Source of the DNA: Thalassocella blandensis
Lineage (GTDB): Bacteria; Pseudomonadota; Gammaproteobacteria; Pseudomonadales; Cellvibrionaceae
Length of the DNA: 33,035 bases
Direction: 5' to 3'
Assembly: GCA_902141825.1 (NCBI GenBank)
Contig: CABFPG010000016.1
Coordinates: 1-33,035, forward strand
Positions 1 to 9,217 of this stretch are shown piece after piece. Positions within the stretch are counted from its first letter, which is position 1. Each line of letters opens with the position of its first letter. Below the pieces are notes generated by a model. It was given only the letters and a program-made list of their open reading frames with translations. It did no database searches and was not told where the DNA came from. The position numbers were made by a program, and so were the translations under genes.

Positions 1-1
1 G

Positions 2-94
2 CATGGCGGTGAAGGCGAAGCGTCTAAAAATGCTTACCAAAACCTCAGCGGTGGCGACAAGCAAGCTGTATTGCGTTTCCTTGAGTCACTCTAA
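2..94 (+). CDS. 3' end of an upstream gene (partial; unknown product, C-terminus ...GDKQAVLRFLESL)
   Basis: Open frame enters from the window edge and stops at TAA 92-94. A rho-independent terminator follows immediately. The translation looks protein-like, but I do not recognise a family. Confidence 0.3.
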   Translation, partial: HGGEGEASKNAYQNLSGGDKQAVLRFLESL

Positions 95-134
95 GCTGAA
101 TAACGCTTAAGGATAAGCGTTACAGTCATACGAG

Positions 135-162
135 AACCCCGGCCCTGGCCGGGGTTTTTTAT
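135..162 (+). terminator. Rho-independent terminator
   Basis: GC stem CCCCGGCC/GGCCGGGG (137-154) followed by a T6 run (155-160), directly after the partial CDS. Confidence 0.7.
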
Positions 163-296
163 GTGTATCACTTTTCCACTGGTCTGTATTTAGGAGCCGC
201 GATTCACCACATGTTACGTAATAGGCTGTTACCATGACGATGTTTTAGCTTCAATTAAACTTAAATACAGTCTTTCGGCATTAAGGTAGCGCTACA

Positions 297-992
297 ATGA
301 AAACCATAGGTTTACTGGGTGGAATGAGTTGGGAAAGTACTATTGGCTATTATCGAGCTATCAATCAAGGGGTCAAACAGGCACTCGGTGGCTTGCACTC
401 TGCAAAAATCGCAATGTACAGCATCGATTTTGCCGAGCTTGAAAAAATGCAGCATGCCGGCGATTGGCAAGGTGCTGCTGAAATTCTTATCACTGCAGCC
501 AGAAAAATAGAAAACGCTGGCGCGGACGCCCTGCTTATTTGCACTAACACCATGCATAAAGTGGCAACAGAAGTAGCCAACGCAATTCACATTCCACTGC
601 TGCACATTGCCGACGCCACTGCACAGGAATTACACCGTCACAACATCCAATCGGTTGGCTTGCTCGGAACCGCGTTTACCATGGAGCAGGAATTTTATAA
701 AGGCCGACTGCAACACGAGCATCAACTCAAGGTGCTGGTGCCCGATGAAGACGATAGAAAAACGGTTCACCGTATCATTTATCAGGAGCTTTGCCAGGGC
801 ACTATTCTTCCAGCTTCCCAGCAGGCGTATTTACAGATAATCACTAAACTCGCCGATGCCGGTGCAGAAGCTGTCATTCTCGGATGCACTGAAATCGGCA
901 TGCTCATCCAACAGAAAGACACCAACATTACCCTGTTCGATACCACAACCATACACGCGGCAAAGGCCGTGGAGTTTGCCCTGGCGGAATAA
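297..992 (+). CDS. ygeA: Asp/Glu/hydantoin racemase family protein (YgeA-like broad-specificity amino-acid racemase)
   Basis: 231 aa. The N-terminus MKTIGLLGGMSWESTIGYYRAIN and the motifs ICTNTMHKVA and ILGCTEIGMLI are near-collinear with E. coli YgeA. Match recalled from memory, not searched. Confidence 0.88.
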   Translation: MKTIGLLGGMSWESTIGYYRAINQGVKQALGGLHSAKIAMYSIDFAELEKMQHAGDWQGAAEILITAARKIENAGADALLICTNTMHKVATEVANAIHIPLLHIADATAQELHRHNIQSVGLLGTAFTMEQEFYKGRLQHEHQLKVLVPDEDDRKTVHRIIYQELCQGTILPASQQAYLQIITKLADAGAEAVILGCTEIGMLIQQKDTNITLFDTTTIHAAKAVEFALAE

Positions 993-1027
993 ATTTCTGC
1001 ACATTCTTATCCATTAATTATCAGGCC

Positions 1028-1366
1028 ATGCGTATGAATATAAATTGTCACTGCCAAAATATTTGCATAGATGTAGATACGCCTGCACAGCTGACCCAAT
1101 GCAATTGCTCTATATGCCGGCGCTACCAGGCTTTATGGGCTTACTATACCCCGGAGGACGTTCACATTACGGTGGGCAGCGCAGGAGAAGCGTTTTACTG
1201 CTGGGGAGACAAAGAGATTGAATTCGTTCGCTGTGCTCAGTGTGGATGCGTCACACACTATCGCAGCCTTTCCTCGCCGAGAATCGCAGTCAACTTCAAT
1301 ATGCTGGAGAACGCGTTGATCAGTGAAATTCCCATTCGTCATTTCGACGGCAAAACACGGTTGTAA
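1028..1366 (+). CDS. GFA (glutathione-dependent formaldehyde-activating / CENP-V-like) family Cys-rich protein
   Basis: 112 aa with conserved Cys clusters (CHC, CNCSIC, C..C, CAQCGC) typical of the GFA zinc-binding fold. Follows the racemase gene after a 35-bp gap. Confidence 0.55.
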   Translation: MRMNINCHCQNICIDVDTPAQLTQCNCSICRRYQALWAYYTPEDVHITVGSAGEAFYCWGDKEIEFVRCAQCGCVTHYRSLSSPRIAVNFNMLENALISEIPIRHFDGKTRL

Positions 1367-1533
1367 TATAACCTGTCAGTACTATCGCCTTGTGCATCTG
1401 ACTGTCGCCATCGATTACTCTGCAATGCATTCGCTTGATAAATTTTTGAAGTGTCTTTTCCCATTGCCTTGGCGACAATAAGACAATAAGACAATAAATA
1501 GTACTGAGATAGCACCCAAAAAACCCCGACGTA

Positions 1534-2370
1534 TCAGGCCTTAACCTGTAAATACAAAGTGGTGTCACCCCATAAAAAACGCGCCTTGCTCACCCCCATA
1601 ATCGGAAAGTCAACTGCGCTGGCGTATTCACTTAAGGGATAACTCACGGTGACAATTCGCGTTCCACTGCGCAAGTGCTTGAAGTGTTTAGCCAGTTTAC
1701 TGATAGTGGCATCTTGCAAAGCCGTGCCGTATAGATAAATGACATCCGCATCCGCCATGTCATATTCTAAAAAATTTGCCTTTGCAAAAGTAAGGTTGTC
1801 CAATCGCGTAGCTTGCCTGACTTCGTTGGCCTTGCGAATAAACACAGGATTAACATCAATCCCGGTACATTTTGCCAATTTGAACAATCGCAGCCAGAAC
1901 ACTCCGATTCCTCGCCCGCAGCCTAACTCATAGACGCTCTCTCCGGCTTGAATGTTGGCGAGTTCAGCGATGGTTTGAAATGTAGCGAGCGGAGTTTCAC
2001 CATAAATCGTTTGCACGGTTTCGTCACTGTGACGACCAAAATACTCTCTACAAATGGTGTAAGGGCTGACGAAAATATACCGGAGGTAAAACTGGACCAA
2101 GGCGTAACGAAACTGAGAATCCTGGACAAACCATTTCCATGCGGCAGCTTTAAGCAGAATGTTACGTACCCAGTATACGGGGACATACAACAGGGCCCGG
2201 AGGTAAACCTGCAGCACATGCTGCACATGACGCAAGGGAGAAAGCTGCGAATCAGGGGAATATTCGCTGCTCATCACTGGATTTTCTGATGCTCTACTCA
2301 TCATAAAGCCGCTCGTATTTATCGGACTGGTACAACCTTCAGTGAATGTAATACTGAAAAAGTTCCACAT
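1534..2370 (-). CDS. Class I SAM-dependent methyltransferase with hydrophobic N-terminal region
   Basis: 278 aa. Motif I VYELGCGRGIGVF, then the ...DVIYLYG... post-I region. Start codon uncertain; internal Met candidates exist at about codon 23/33. Confidence 0.65.
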   Translation of the reverse strand: MWNFFSITFTEGCTSPINTSGFMMSRASENPVMSSEYSPDSQLSPLRHVQHVLQVYLRALLYVPVYWVRNILLKAAAWKWFVQDSQFRYALVQFYLRYIFVSPYTICREYFGRHSDETVQTIYGETPLATFQTIAELANIQAGESVYELGCGRGIGVFWLRLFKLAKCTGIDVNPVFIRKANEVRQATRLDNLTFAKANFLEYDMADADVIYLYGTALQDATISKLAKHFKHLRSGTRIVTVSYPLSEYASAVDFPIMGVSKARFLWGDTTLYLQVKA

Positions 2371-2657
2371 TTCGCTCTATAAGACGAAGCGCTGTGGATA
2401 CTTCCCATTATTTTTTGTGGTTGAGGGTGCTCACTCAATACTCAAATGTTACACAGCCCACAATAAAACCTGGCTTTATGTTAGTCATTTCGCAAACTGC
2501 TGCTATTTAGTTTCACCCTTGCATCCTGTTAAATACGCTTGGGTGTAGTAAGTTCTCTCGACCACTCGGCTCCGCACTACTGCTAAGCCTCAAATCGAGA
2601 AACACAAATCACATAAGTGAAAAATAGAACAAAAATTTTTATTTATAGGATCACACA

Positions 2658-3077
2658 ATGATACAAGAAGCGTACAATGCCTCTCTCTGGGGAATAACCG
2701 TTATTATTTTATTAGTAATTGTGCAATGGGCTATTGCTACCGCAGTTAAAGCCAAGCAAAAAGGCGCCATTCCCGGCAAAATTGATTCGTCATTAAGCCA
2801 TGATTCGTTTGTATTTAGAGCGCATCGCACGTTCATGAATACTCTGGAAAATATTCCTGCCATGTTGGGCATTTGTTTTCTGGCCTTATTTATTGGCACA
2901 GACCCCACCTGGACAGCGGCACTCATATGGATTTTTGTGGCCAGTCGAGCCATACACATGGCTCTCTACTATGCGATTGCGACAGAGAAAAACCCGAGTC
3001 CGAGAACCTATTTTTTTCTATTTGGTTTTCTTGCAACACTGGGCTTGTTCGGTCTCTGTATCGCGACTCTGGTATAA
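2658..3077 (+). CDS. MAPEG family membrane protein (microsomal GST-like)
   Basis: 139 aa, three to four TM helices. Conserved RAHRTFMNTLENIPAMLG matches the MAPEG R-x-H-x-N-x-x-E-N signature. Confidence 0.75.
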   Translation: MIQEAYNASLWGITVIILLVIVQWAIATAVKAKQKGAIPGKIDSSLSHDSFVFRAHRTFMNTLENIPAMLGICFLALFIGTDPTWTAALIWIFVASRAIHMALYYAIATEKNPSPRTYFFLFGFLATLGLFGLCIATLV

Positions 3078-3120
3078 GTTATTGTAAATTTTTCACTCAC
3101 AAAACGAGAACGCTTTGTTT

Positions 3121-3510
3121 ATGAAATACCTCATCGGCGGATGCATTATTGTATTAAGTCTTATTGGGTGCAGCACACCCGCACAGGATCAAAATACATT
3201 GGCCGAGCAATGCCCTGGCATCCGCAGCGATGAGAGTATTAAAACAACTATTGATATTAAAAAAGCTGGCTTGTATTTAATTTATCGCGATTATTTACAG
3301 AACAATCCGGACATGCGCGGAAAAATTGTATTTGATTTTTCCATTACCCCAGAAGGCCTCATGGAAGATGTTAGTATCGCCAACACCGAGTTTGACAATG
3401 CCGAGTTTAATCAAGCGATTAAAGAAAGGTTCATGCAAATAAGGTTTCACGCTCTAGACGTTTGCCGGCGGACACTTTCCTATACATTTTATTTTATGTC
3501 CACGCCGTAG
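3121..3510 (+). CDS. Lipoprotein with TonB-C-terminal-like domain
   Basis: Lipobox LSLIGC|S. The C-terminal segment GKIVFDFSITPEG...DVSI..T resembles the TonB_C fold. The ORF track starts at TTG 3115; the ATG at 3121 is preferred. Confidence 0.55.
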   Translation: MKYLIGGCIIVLSLIGCSTPAQDQNTLAEQCPGIRSDESIKTTIDIKKAGLYLIYRDYLQNNPDMRGKIVFDFSITPEGLMEDVSIANTEFDNAEFNQAIKERFMQIRFHALDVCRRTLSYTFYFMSTP

Positions 3511-3618
3511 CACCCCGCGACAGCCTATAGCTATGCGGTAAGATATTCCTTGCCGATACGCTGCACCATTAATATAACTGACAGATGAAGCGAAGTGCTC
3601 TTGTTTTATAGCTAAGGA

Positions 3619-3740
3619 AGCTCCTGCATAAGCTCCTGCATAAGCGCCTAAATAAGCACCTGCGCCGAATCCTAAGCCCTTAACCCTAAGCCCTTAACCC
3701 TAAGCCCTTAACCCTAAGCCCCTTAACCTAAGCCCTAAAC
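3619..3740. repeat. Two adjacent degenerate tandem repeat blocks (12-bp x4, then 14-bp CCTAAGCCCTTAAC x about 5)
   Basis: Read directly: AGCTCCTGCATA x2 plus two degenerate copies at 3619-3666, and CCTAAGCCCTTAAC x3 perfect plus 2 degenerate at 3671-3740. Lies in the convergent intergenic region between the lipoprotein and ghrA. Confidence 0.85.
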
Positions 3741-3753
3741 TTAAATCCCAAAC

Positions 3754-4683
3754 TCAATAGCCACGCTGTAGGTCAACACGATTTAGCAATGTTTCGCCAT
3801 GCTGCAAGCGCCGGTAGTTTTCCATTACCTGGGGGGCAACAGAGCTGGGGTTGGTAATGCTGGAACAATGTGGTGTTAGTAAAATATTCTGATGCCCCCA
3901 AAAAGGGTGAGTAGACGCTAAAGGTTCATGCTGAAAAACATCCAAACACGCACCGCGCACCTGCTCACTGGCAAGCGCTTCCAGCAAATCCTGCTCCACC
4001 AGGTGCTCACCTCGCGCAACGTTAATTATGCAGGCGCCCCGGGGCAAGGCATTAAACACGTCCGCATTTAAAATTCCACGAGTTTCATCCGTAAGCGGCA
4101 ATAGGCATACCAGTATCTGAGTTTGCGCTAAAAACGCCGCTAATCCCTCTTGTCCAACGTAACAGCTTACGTCCGTCATTGCTTTTGACGAACGTGACCA
4201 GCCAATCGTCTTAAAGCCCATAGCGGCAAACCGTTGAGCCACAAAACCGCCGAGTTCCCCCAGCCCCATCACACCAATAGTGGTACTTCCCATTGAACGC
4301 GGCAATTGCTGCAACCACAGCGCCCGCTGCTGTTGACCTTGATACAAATCCAGATCACGGTAGTAATACATTACCGTTGCGCAAACGTACTCAAACATGG
4401 ATTGGGCAAGCATGGGATCTACCAGGCGTACAACGGGCACATCTGCAGGTAATGCAGGATCGCCAAGCATATGATCCACGCCTGCCCCCATCGAACAAAT
4501 ACATTGCAGATTCGGGAAGTTGAGAAGTACACCTGGAGGATGCTTCCAACACAACACCATACTCACTGCCGCAGGATCACTCACGTCCGGCCAGACTTGA
4601 ATATCCAGTTCAGGCGCTAATTGCTGAAGTGCTTCGCACCAGGGACTTGGATCTTTATGCGTACATACAATCGCGAGAGTCAT
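3754..4683 (-). CDS. ghrA: Glyoxylate/hydroxypyruvate reductase A (D-isomer-specific 2-hydroxyacid dehydrogenase)
   Basis: 309 aa. NAD-binding GVMGLGELGGFVAQR, catalytic region and the C-terminal ...VDLQRGY are collinear with E. coli GhrA/YcdW (recalled). Confidence 0.85.
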   Translation of the reverse strand: MTLAIVCTHKDPSPWCEALQQLAPELDIQVWPDVSDPAAVSMVLCWKHPPGVLLNFPNLQCICSMGAGVDHMLGDPALPADVPVVRLVDPMLAQSMFEYVCATVMYYYRDLDLYQGQQQRALWLQQLPRSMGSTTIGVMGLGELGGFVAQRFAAMGFKTIGWSRSSKAMTDVSCYVGQEGLAAFLAQTQILVCLLPLTDETRGILNADVFNALPRGACIINVARGEHLVEQDLLEALASEQVRGACLDVFQHEPLASTHPFWGHQNILLTPHCSSITNPSSVAPQVMENYRRLQHGETLLNRVDLQRGY

Positions 4684-4937
4684 ACTGAAATATCTATGTT
4701 TGAGAGACCATGTTTAACTCATCATGGCCAAATAGCTTTGCGTCTTTGCAACCCACGATGCAGTTTACTCCAGTCAAGCCATTTTACGAGCTCTACGTTG
4801 AGAAAAAGCCAATAAAGAACGCGAAAACAACATGTGCGAAATAAAAACATAAAAATAGGGAACTTTTGTTTTAAACCTGCCAATTATGCTTACAAGCAAT
4901 TGCAAATTTTATTCCCCTAAGTGCGTGGCGATCAATC

Positions 4938-6593
4938 ATGGATTACTCCCTGAATAAGTTTACCCCCAGCACCACCCCTAAGAGCAGGACCAAAACCTCC
5001 GCTCAACATGCTCGTGCACCACAGAAAAACGCCAACAGCCAAAAGAACAACACTGAAAGCAAATCTGGAAAGCCATCTGGAAAGCCACCATCAGCGCCAC
5101 CCAATTTTTCACGACCGCTAAATGCCAACGCGCAAAATCTTAAACCAGCACAAACCTCTCTGTCGAAACAGGAACACGGGGCAGCGCAGTATTCCAATAT
5201 GCAGGCATTTAATTTTGGTACTGATCCATCCGCCTCATATCGCCACCTGAACTTTAAAGATAAATCGGAAAGCTTTACTGACAAGCTAAAATTCTGGCGA
5301 CCTGATTCCCAACTTAATATCCCACAAAAGTCAGCCATGGCAGAAAAGCTGCAAAATGACACTGGCAGAGTGGCAGCTGCATTGACGGGACAGACAGCAC
5401 AGGAAGGGGTTTCGCACAGCATCAGCTCACAAATAAACAACCTGCGCGAAGGCGCTGCACTGGGCCTTAGTCGTCACAATAAAATCGACGTCGCAGGTGG
5501 CTCCAATATTAGCGTGATGTCATTCATGGCTCCCGGTACCACCACCGCCATCAAAAGTGCAGGCGTCGATATCGGTTGGGGGCCATCACTCGCAGTGGAC
5601 GCCAACGTTAAACACGACAGATTTAACGCCATCAATATTTCGCGCCCGGCAGATGCCGAGCAAACACTGTTAACAGGGACTCATGGACGCAACACCGATG
5701 TCAAAGTGAATCTGCATGCAAAAGTCTCGGCTGGCGCAGGCGCAGATAACGGCGCCTTTATCGGACCTGCTGTTCAGGGATCACTGGGAACCGGCGTGAG
5801 CCACGCGCACATGAACATCTATCATCACACCTCGAGTGACCCCGGCGCAAAAGCAGAAGACATGATGAATTTTATCAGCATGAACGGCAAAGAGACGTTT
5901 AGCGGGCAACAGTGGTCATCACCGGAAACCAGCAGCACGACCAAAATTCCCGTTGCCTTCAAACTGGAAGGCTCTGTCATGGGTAAATCTCCAGCTTACG
6001 GCGACGCGGAGCACGGCATTCGCCACGTGGGAGGTTTGGGCGCTTCAGTGTCCGTAGGTGTCGGCGATATTATGCATCCCCAATCGAGCGCCTTCGTCAA
6101 AGGGGAAGCCGGCGGCAGCATCAACACTTCGATTGCAGGTAAATCGTTCACCAACGACGAAGCTGGAGCCATTTCCGGTATCGCTGCGCGCCTGCCACAG
6201 GGTTTGAAATTTGAATCCCAGGCTACGCCCCTGCATTCACAACCAAGTGCACAACAGTCCTATCATATGTCCTATGTCAATCACCCTTTTGGTCATGGCA
6301 GCCATGCCCATCGCCTTGAAGAAAAATACGGTGAAGGCACGCTTGAACGTATTGATCAGGGGTTTCGAGATGCCTTTGATCACGATGATATTCCGAACCG
6401 ACGCAAGACAGTGATCGAAAAAACTTTTGACGATGGCCGCACAGAAATACACGGCCGCTTTGAGGTAACTGCAAGACAGGGTCACACCCACAAAATCCCT
6501 ACCGTTCCTATCAGTTACTCAAGCTACAGCGAAGGTAAAGTGGATAGTGATACACGTCTGTTATTTACCATACCGCCTAAATCACCGAATTAA
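4938..6593 (+). CDS. Hypothetical Gly/Ser/Ala-rich protein with polar effector-like N-terminus
   Basis: 551 aa. No signal peptide. The first 90 aa are K/S/T/N/Q/P-rich low complexity; the central part is Gly-rich (GxG runs). I recognise no family. A good terminator follows. Confidence 0.6.
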   Translation: MDYSLNKFTPSTTPKSRTKTSAQHARAPQKNANSQKNNTESKSGKPSGKPPSAPPNFSRPLNANAQNLKPAQTSLSKQEHGAAQYSNMQAFNFGTDPSASYRHLNFKDKSESFTDKLKFWRPDSQLNIPQKSAMAEKLQNDTGRVAAALTGQTAQEGVSHSISSQINNLREGAALGLSRHNKIDVAGGSNISVMSFMAPGTTTAIKSAGVDIGWGPSLAVDANVKHDRFNAINISRPADAEQTLLTGTHGRNTDVKVNLHAKVSAGAGADNGAFIGPAVQGSLGTGVSHAHMNIYHHTSSDPGAKAEDMMNFISMNGKETFSGQQWSSPETSSTTKIPVAFKLEGSVMGKSPAYGDAEHGIRHVGGLGASVSVGVGDIMHPQSSAFVKGEAGGSINTSIAGKSFTNDEAGAISGIAARLPQGLKFESQATPLHSQPSAQQSYHMSYVNHPFGHGSHAHRLEEKYGEGTLERIDQGFRDAFDHDDIPNRRKTVIEKTFDDGRTEIHGRFEVTARQGHTHKIPTVPISYSSYSEGKVDSDTRLLFTIPPKSPN

Positions 6594-6618
6594 AACTCCT
6601 CCATGTGTTTTAACTTGT

Positions 6619-6649
6619 GCCCATGACTCACCCTCATGGGCTTTTTTTA
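6619..6649 (+). terminator. Rho-independent terminator of the 551-aa gene
   Basis: Stem GCCCATGA/TCATGGGC followed by T7. Confidence 0.7.
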
Positions 6650-6663
6650 TCGCAAAAAATGGG

Positions 6664-6690
6664 CAAAAAAAACGACGCCGAAGCGCCGTT
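6664..6690 (-). terminator. Rho-independent terminator of the protease gene (minus strand)
   Basis: On the minus strand: ACGGCGC-UUCG-GCGUCGU stem with a UUCG tetraloop, then U8. Confidence 0.65.
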
Positions 6691-6707
6691 TTCACTATCA
6701 CACGAGA

Positions 6708-8885
6708 TTAATTACAAGTCCCACTGGCGGACCAGGCATTACTCCAGGCCCAGCCATCACCAGGCGCATAAGGACCACCAATACTGCACCAACCCGCCAC
6801 AACACAAGTATATTTCGCACTATGGTTCTGGACCACGGCGCCTGCAGCATATGCAGCACCATCCACGTATTGTGGGATACCAGCACATGCACCGCCACTT
6901 GAACTCGAAGACGAACTACTGGAGCTGGAAGAGGAACTGCTGGAAGAACTCGAAGACGAACTCGACGAGGAGCTGCTGGAGGAACTGGACGATGAACTGC
7001 TGGAAGAGCTTGATGAGGAAGTACTGCCGCCACAGCTGCCAAGATTTTCCCACGCACCCCAATCGCCTGTTTGCGCCGGATTTTCGCCTTGTGTCCACCA
7101 ACGAGCTCGATAACGCACACCGTTATACTGCACCTCCATACTTCCGGTGTAGACCTTGCTTGCACTCCACTGTTCAAGGCCAGGACAAGTACCGCCACCA
7201 CTGGAGGAAGAGCTGCTGGAAGAACTCGAAGACGAACTGGACGAAGAACTGCTGGAGGAACTGGACGATGAACTGTTGGAGACAGGAATCAGCTCCCAGT
7301 AGGATGAAAGCTGCTTCTCATTTTCCCATTGTTCTATATTGGCTTCCGGTGACGTGGAATCTCCAGCAATACGAATACTCTTGCTGCTGTGTGTCGCAAT
7401 CAGCTGATGATACGCGCCTTCTTTCGCTGCAATAAATTTCTGGTTGCCACCGCCGACGTAATCCCACTGGTGAATATTTGCACCGTTGTTTGCGCTGACT
7501 GCATCCACATCGAGTGAACGTCCACTGTGTACTGCCAAAATGCTGTACACACCATTCCCCTGATGATTAAAAGTAAATTGCTGGTTGGTGCCGCCAGTGA
7601 AATGCCACTGCAAAATATTTGTCCCATTGCCAGTTAATGCATCATCCACATCCATGTATAAACCACTCGCGCGGTTTTTTACATAATACTTTCCTGCAAG
7701 CCCCGCATCTCCGTTTGGCAATACTCGAATTGAACTGGCCAGGTCATTAAAACCATTGTCAGCCAAACAACTGTCTTCCGCTGAAGCCTGAAATACATTC
7801 CCACTAAAATAGCCGCCGTCCCACAACTCAACTTTATATCCGGGCTTTAAGCGGAAAGACGACATCTGATTATCGACATACCCAAGGTTCCGCAAAGCAT
7901 CCACATTATGATCTCCAGCCGGAACCATCACCGACAAGCCATCCCAGGGACAATGTTCGTAAACTGTTAAAGGTCCATAAGGCCGAGGAGTGCCATTGCC
8001 ATAAATCTGTACAATCGCCGCAACATCTTTATCGGTTAAGTTATTTCGTTGTCCCAATTGATTGGAAGGCACACTCGGATCGAGTGATTCTATGGTCGGT
8101 AAACCGTTGGAAGAAAACGCGGTGTAACCATAATGCATAATGGAACGTACGTCGTAACTGCCAATCGACGCAGTAATTTCGCCATGCTTGTCAAAATTGT
8201 GCTGTTTGTCTGAAGGTATGTTAGCCCAGACAATTCGCACATAATTATCGCGATCGAAGCGGGACTGTTCATGCCAAAACCCCAACGCATGCATAAACTC
8301 ATGAGCAACGATGCCCGCGTACGCACACCCGGCGCCGATCGAGACTTCCTGACGACCGCCGTTACGACCAACATAAGACCAGCAGCCTGAACCTTTAATG
8401 ACCTCAATATAATCGGCCTGATTAGTTCTCTGTACAAATTTGACACCAGTACGACTGGAAATTAACGCCATACCAGCAAGAATTGCATTGGAATCGGCCT
8501 GTGATGCCGCAGACAACACATAGGGCACCGTACTGTTTTGCCACGTTGTATTTCCGCTCCAGGCAGCCTCAGCGACCATTTCATCGGGATCGGGCACACG
8601 ATAAACGTCCTCATATTTACGAATAGCCAGATTCTCTATCCCTTCAACGGCGACGCGGTTATGTTCTCCCACGGCGATATCACCCTCGATGACCGCTTTC
8701 CCATCCAGCGTTAAATAATCCATGCTGGTGCCATCTGGTTGATAATGAGTGGTTTGTGGAGCTTGATGTTCTAAGTAAGAGCGATTCACCTCAACTTCAT
8801 TGGTGTTCGCGGAACTGATGCCTGAAAACGCAAGAAAAGAAATAAGTGCTAAGCCTGGGCTTAGCCACTGGGGTGTAATATTCAT
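6708..8885 (-). CDS. Secreted astacin-family (M12A) zinc metalloprotease with ricin-B lectin repeats and two C-terminal chitin-binding (ChtBD3/CBM5-12-like) modules joined by poly-Ser linkers
   Basis: Signal peptide, then astacin motif HEFMHALGFWHEQSRFDRD, then a Met-turn (SIMHY). QxW repeats (QWHFTGG, QWDYVGG, IEQWEN). Two modules carry ...YRARWWTQGENP... and ...AWSNAWSASGTC. Linkers of 20 to about 55 Ser. Confidence 0.85.
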   Translation of the reverse strand: MNITPQWLSPGLALISFLAFSGISSANTNEVEVNRSYLEHQAPQTTHYQPDGTSMDYLTLDGKAVIEGDIAVGEHNRVAVEGIENLAIRKYEDVYRVPDPDEMVAEAAWSGNTTWQNSTVPYVLSAASQADSNAILAGMALISSRTGVKFVQRTNQADYIEVIKGSGCWSYVGRNGGRQEVSIGAGCAYAGIVAHEFMHALGFWHEQSRFDRDNYVRIVWANIPSDKQHNFDKHGEITASIGSYDVRSIMHYGYTAFSSNGLPTIESLDPSVPSNQLGQRNNLTDKDVAAIVQIYGNGTPRPYGPLTVYEHCPWDGLSVMVPAGDHNVDALRNLGYVDNQMSSFRLKPGYKVELWDGGYFSGNVFQASAEDSCLADNGFNDLASSIRVLPNGDAGLAGKYYVKNRASGLYMDVDDALTGNGTNILQWHFTGGTNQQFTFNHQGNGVYSILAVHSGRSLDVDAVSANNGANIHQWDYVGGGNQKFIAAKEGAYHQLIATHSSKSIRIAGDSTSPEANIEQWENEKQLSSYWELIPVSNSSSSSSSSSSSSSSSSSSSSSSSSSGGGTCPGLEQWSASKVYTGSMEVQYNGVRYRARWWTQGENPAQTGDWGAWENLGSCGGSTSSSSSSSSSSSSSSSSSSSSSSSSSSSSSSSSSSSSSSSSSGGACAGIPQYVDGAAYAAGAVVQNHSAKYTCVVAGWCSIGGPYAPGDGWAWSNAWSASGTCN

Positions 8886-9217
8886 TTTTAACCTCGAGAT
8901 CGTGGGGGACTTATAATTATGTATTGAATTCGATTACAAAACGTACCGGTTAAACCACGGCATAGTTCACAATATCCATAGCACGTGCGCAGTTAAATCA
9001 TATGTCAAACTGCATTTCAAGTATGGATCTCACAGTCTGACTGAAAAACACCCAAATAAGACAAAAAGAAAACGGCCGTGCGTTTTAAACACAAAAGTAA
9101 ACGTTTATCGGCGGGTTGCGGATAAAACACCGGCTTAAACCTGAGCAGACAACTGCGGTATTACACTTTAAAATCTACTTCATTAAAAAATAATGATCAC
9201 AACAAGGAAACTTCACC

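Noticed and set aside
1471-1498. GACAATAA x3 tandem octamer in the intergenic region after the GFA gene
   Set aside because: Too short to assign a function; likely simple slippage. Noted only.
2873-3124. 83-aa and 64-aa plus-strand ORFs overlapping the MAPEG gene 3' end
   Set aside because: Out-of-frame overlaps of a well-supported membrane protein gene. No independent signals.
3619-3740. Possible CRISPR array
   Set aside because: The units are directly tandem (12-14 bp) with no unique spacers and no nearby cas genes. They are simple tandem repeats.
6617-7435. 272-aa plus-strand ORF (and nested 88-aa, 66-aa, 61-aa and 167-aa ORFs) overlapping the protease gene
   Set aside because: These are antisense reading of the poly-Ser linker codons. 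Repetitive L/E/W/N-rich composition, no RBS, fully contained in a gene with strong domain evidence.
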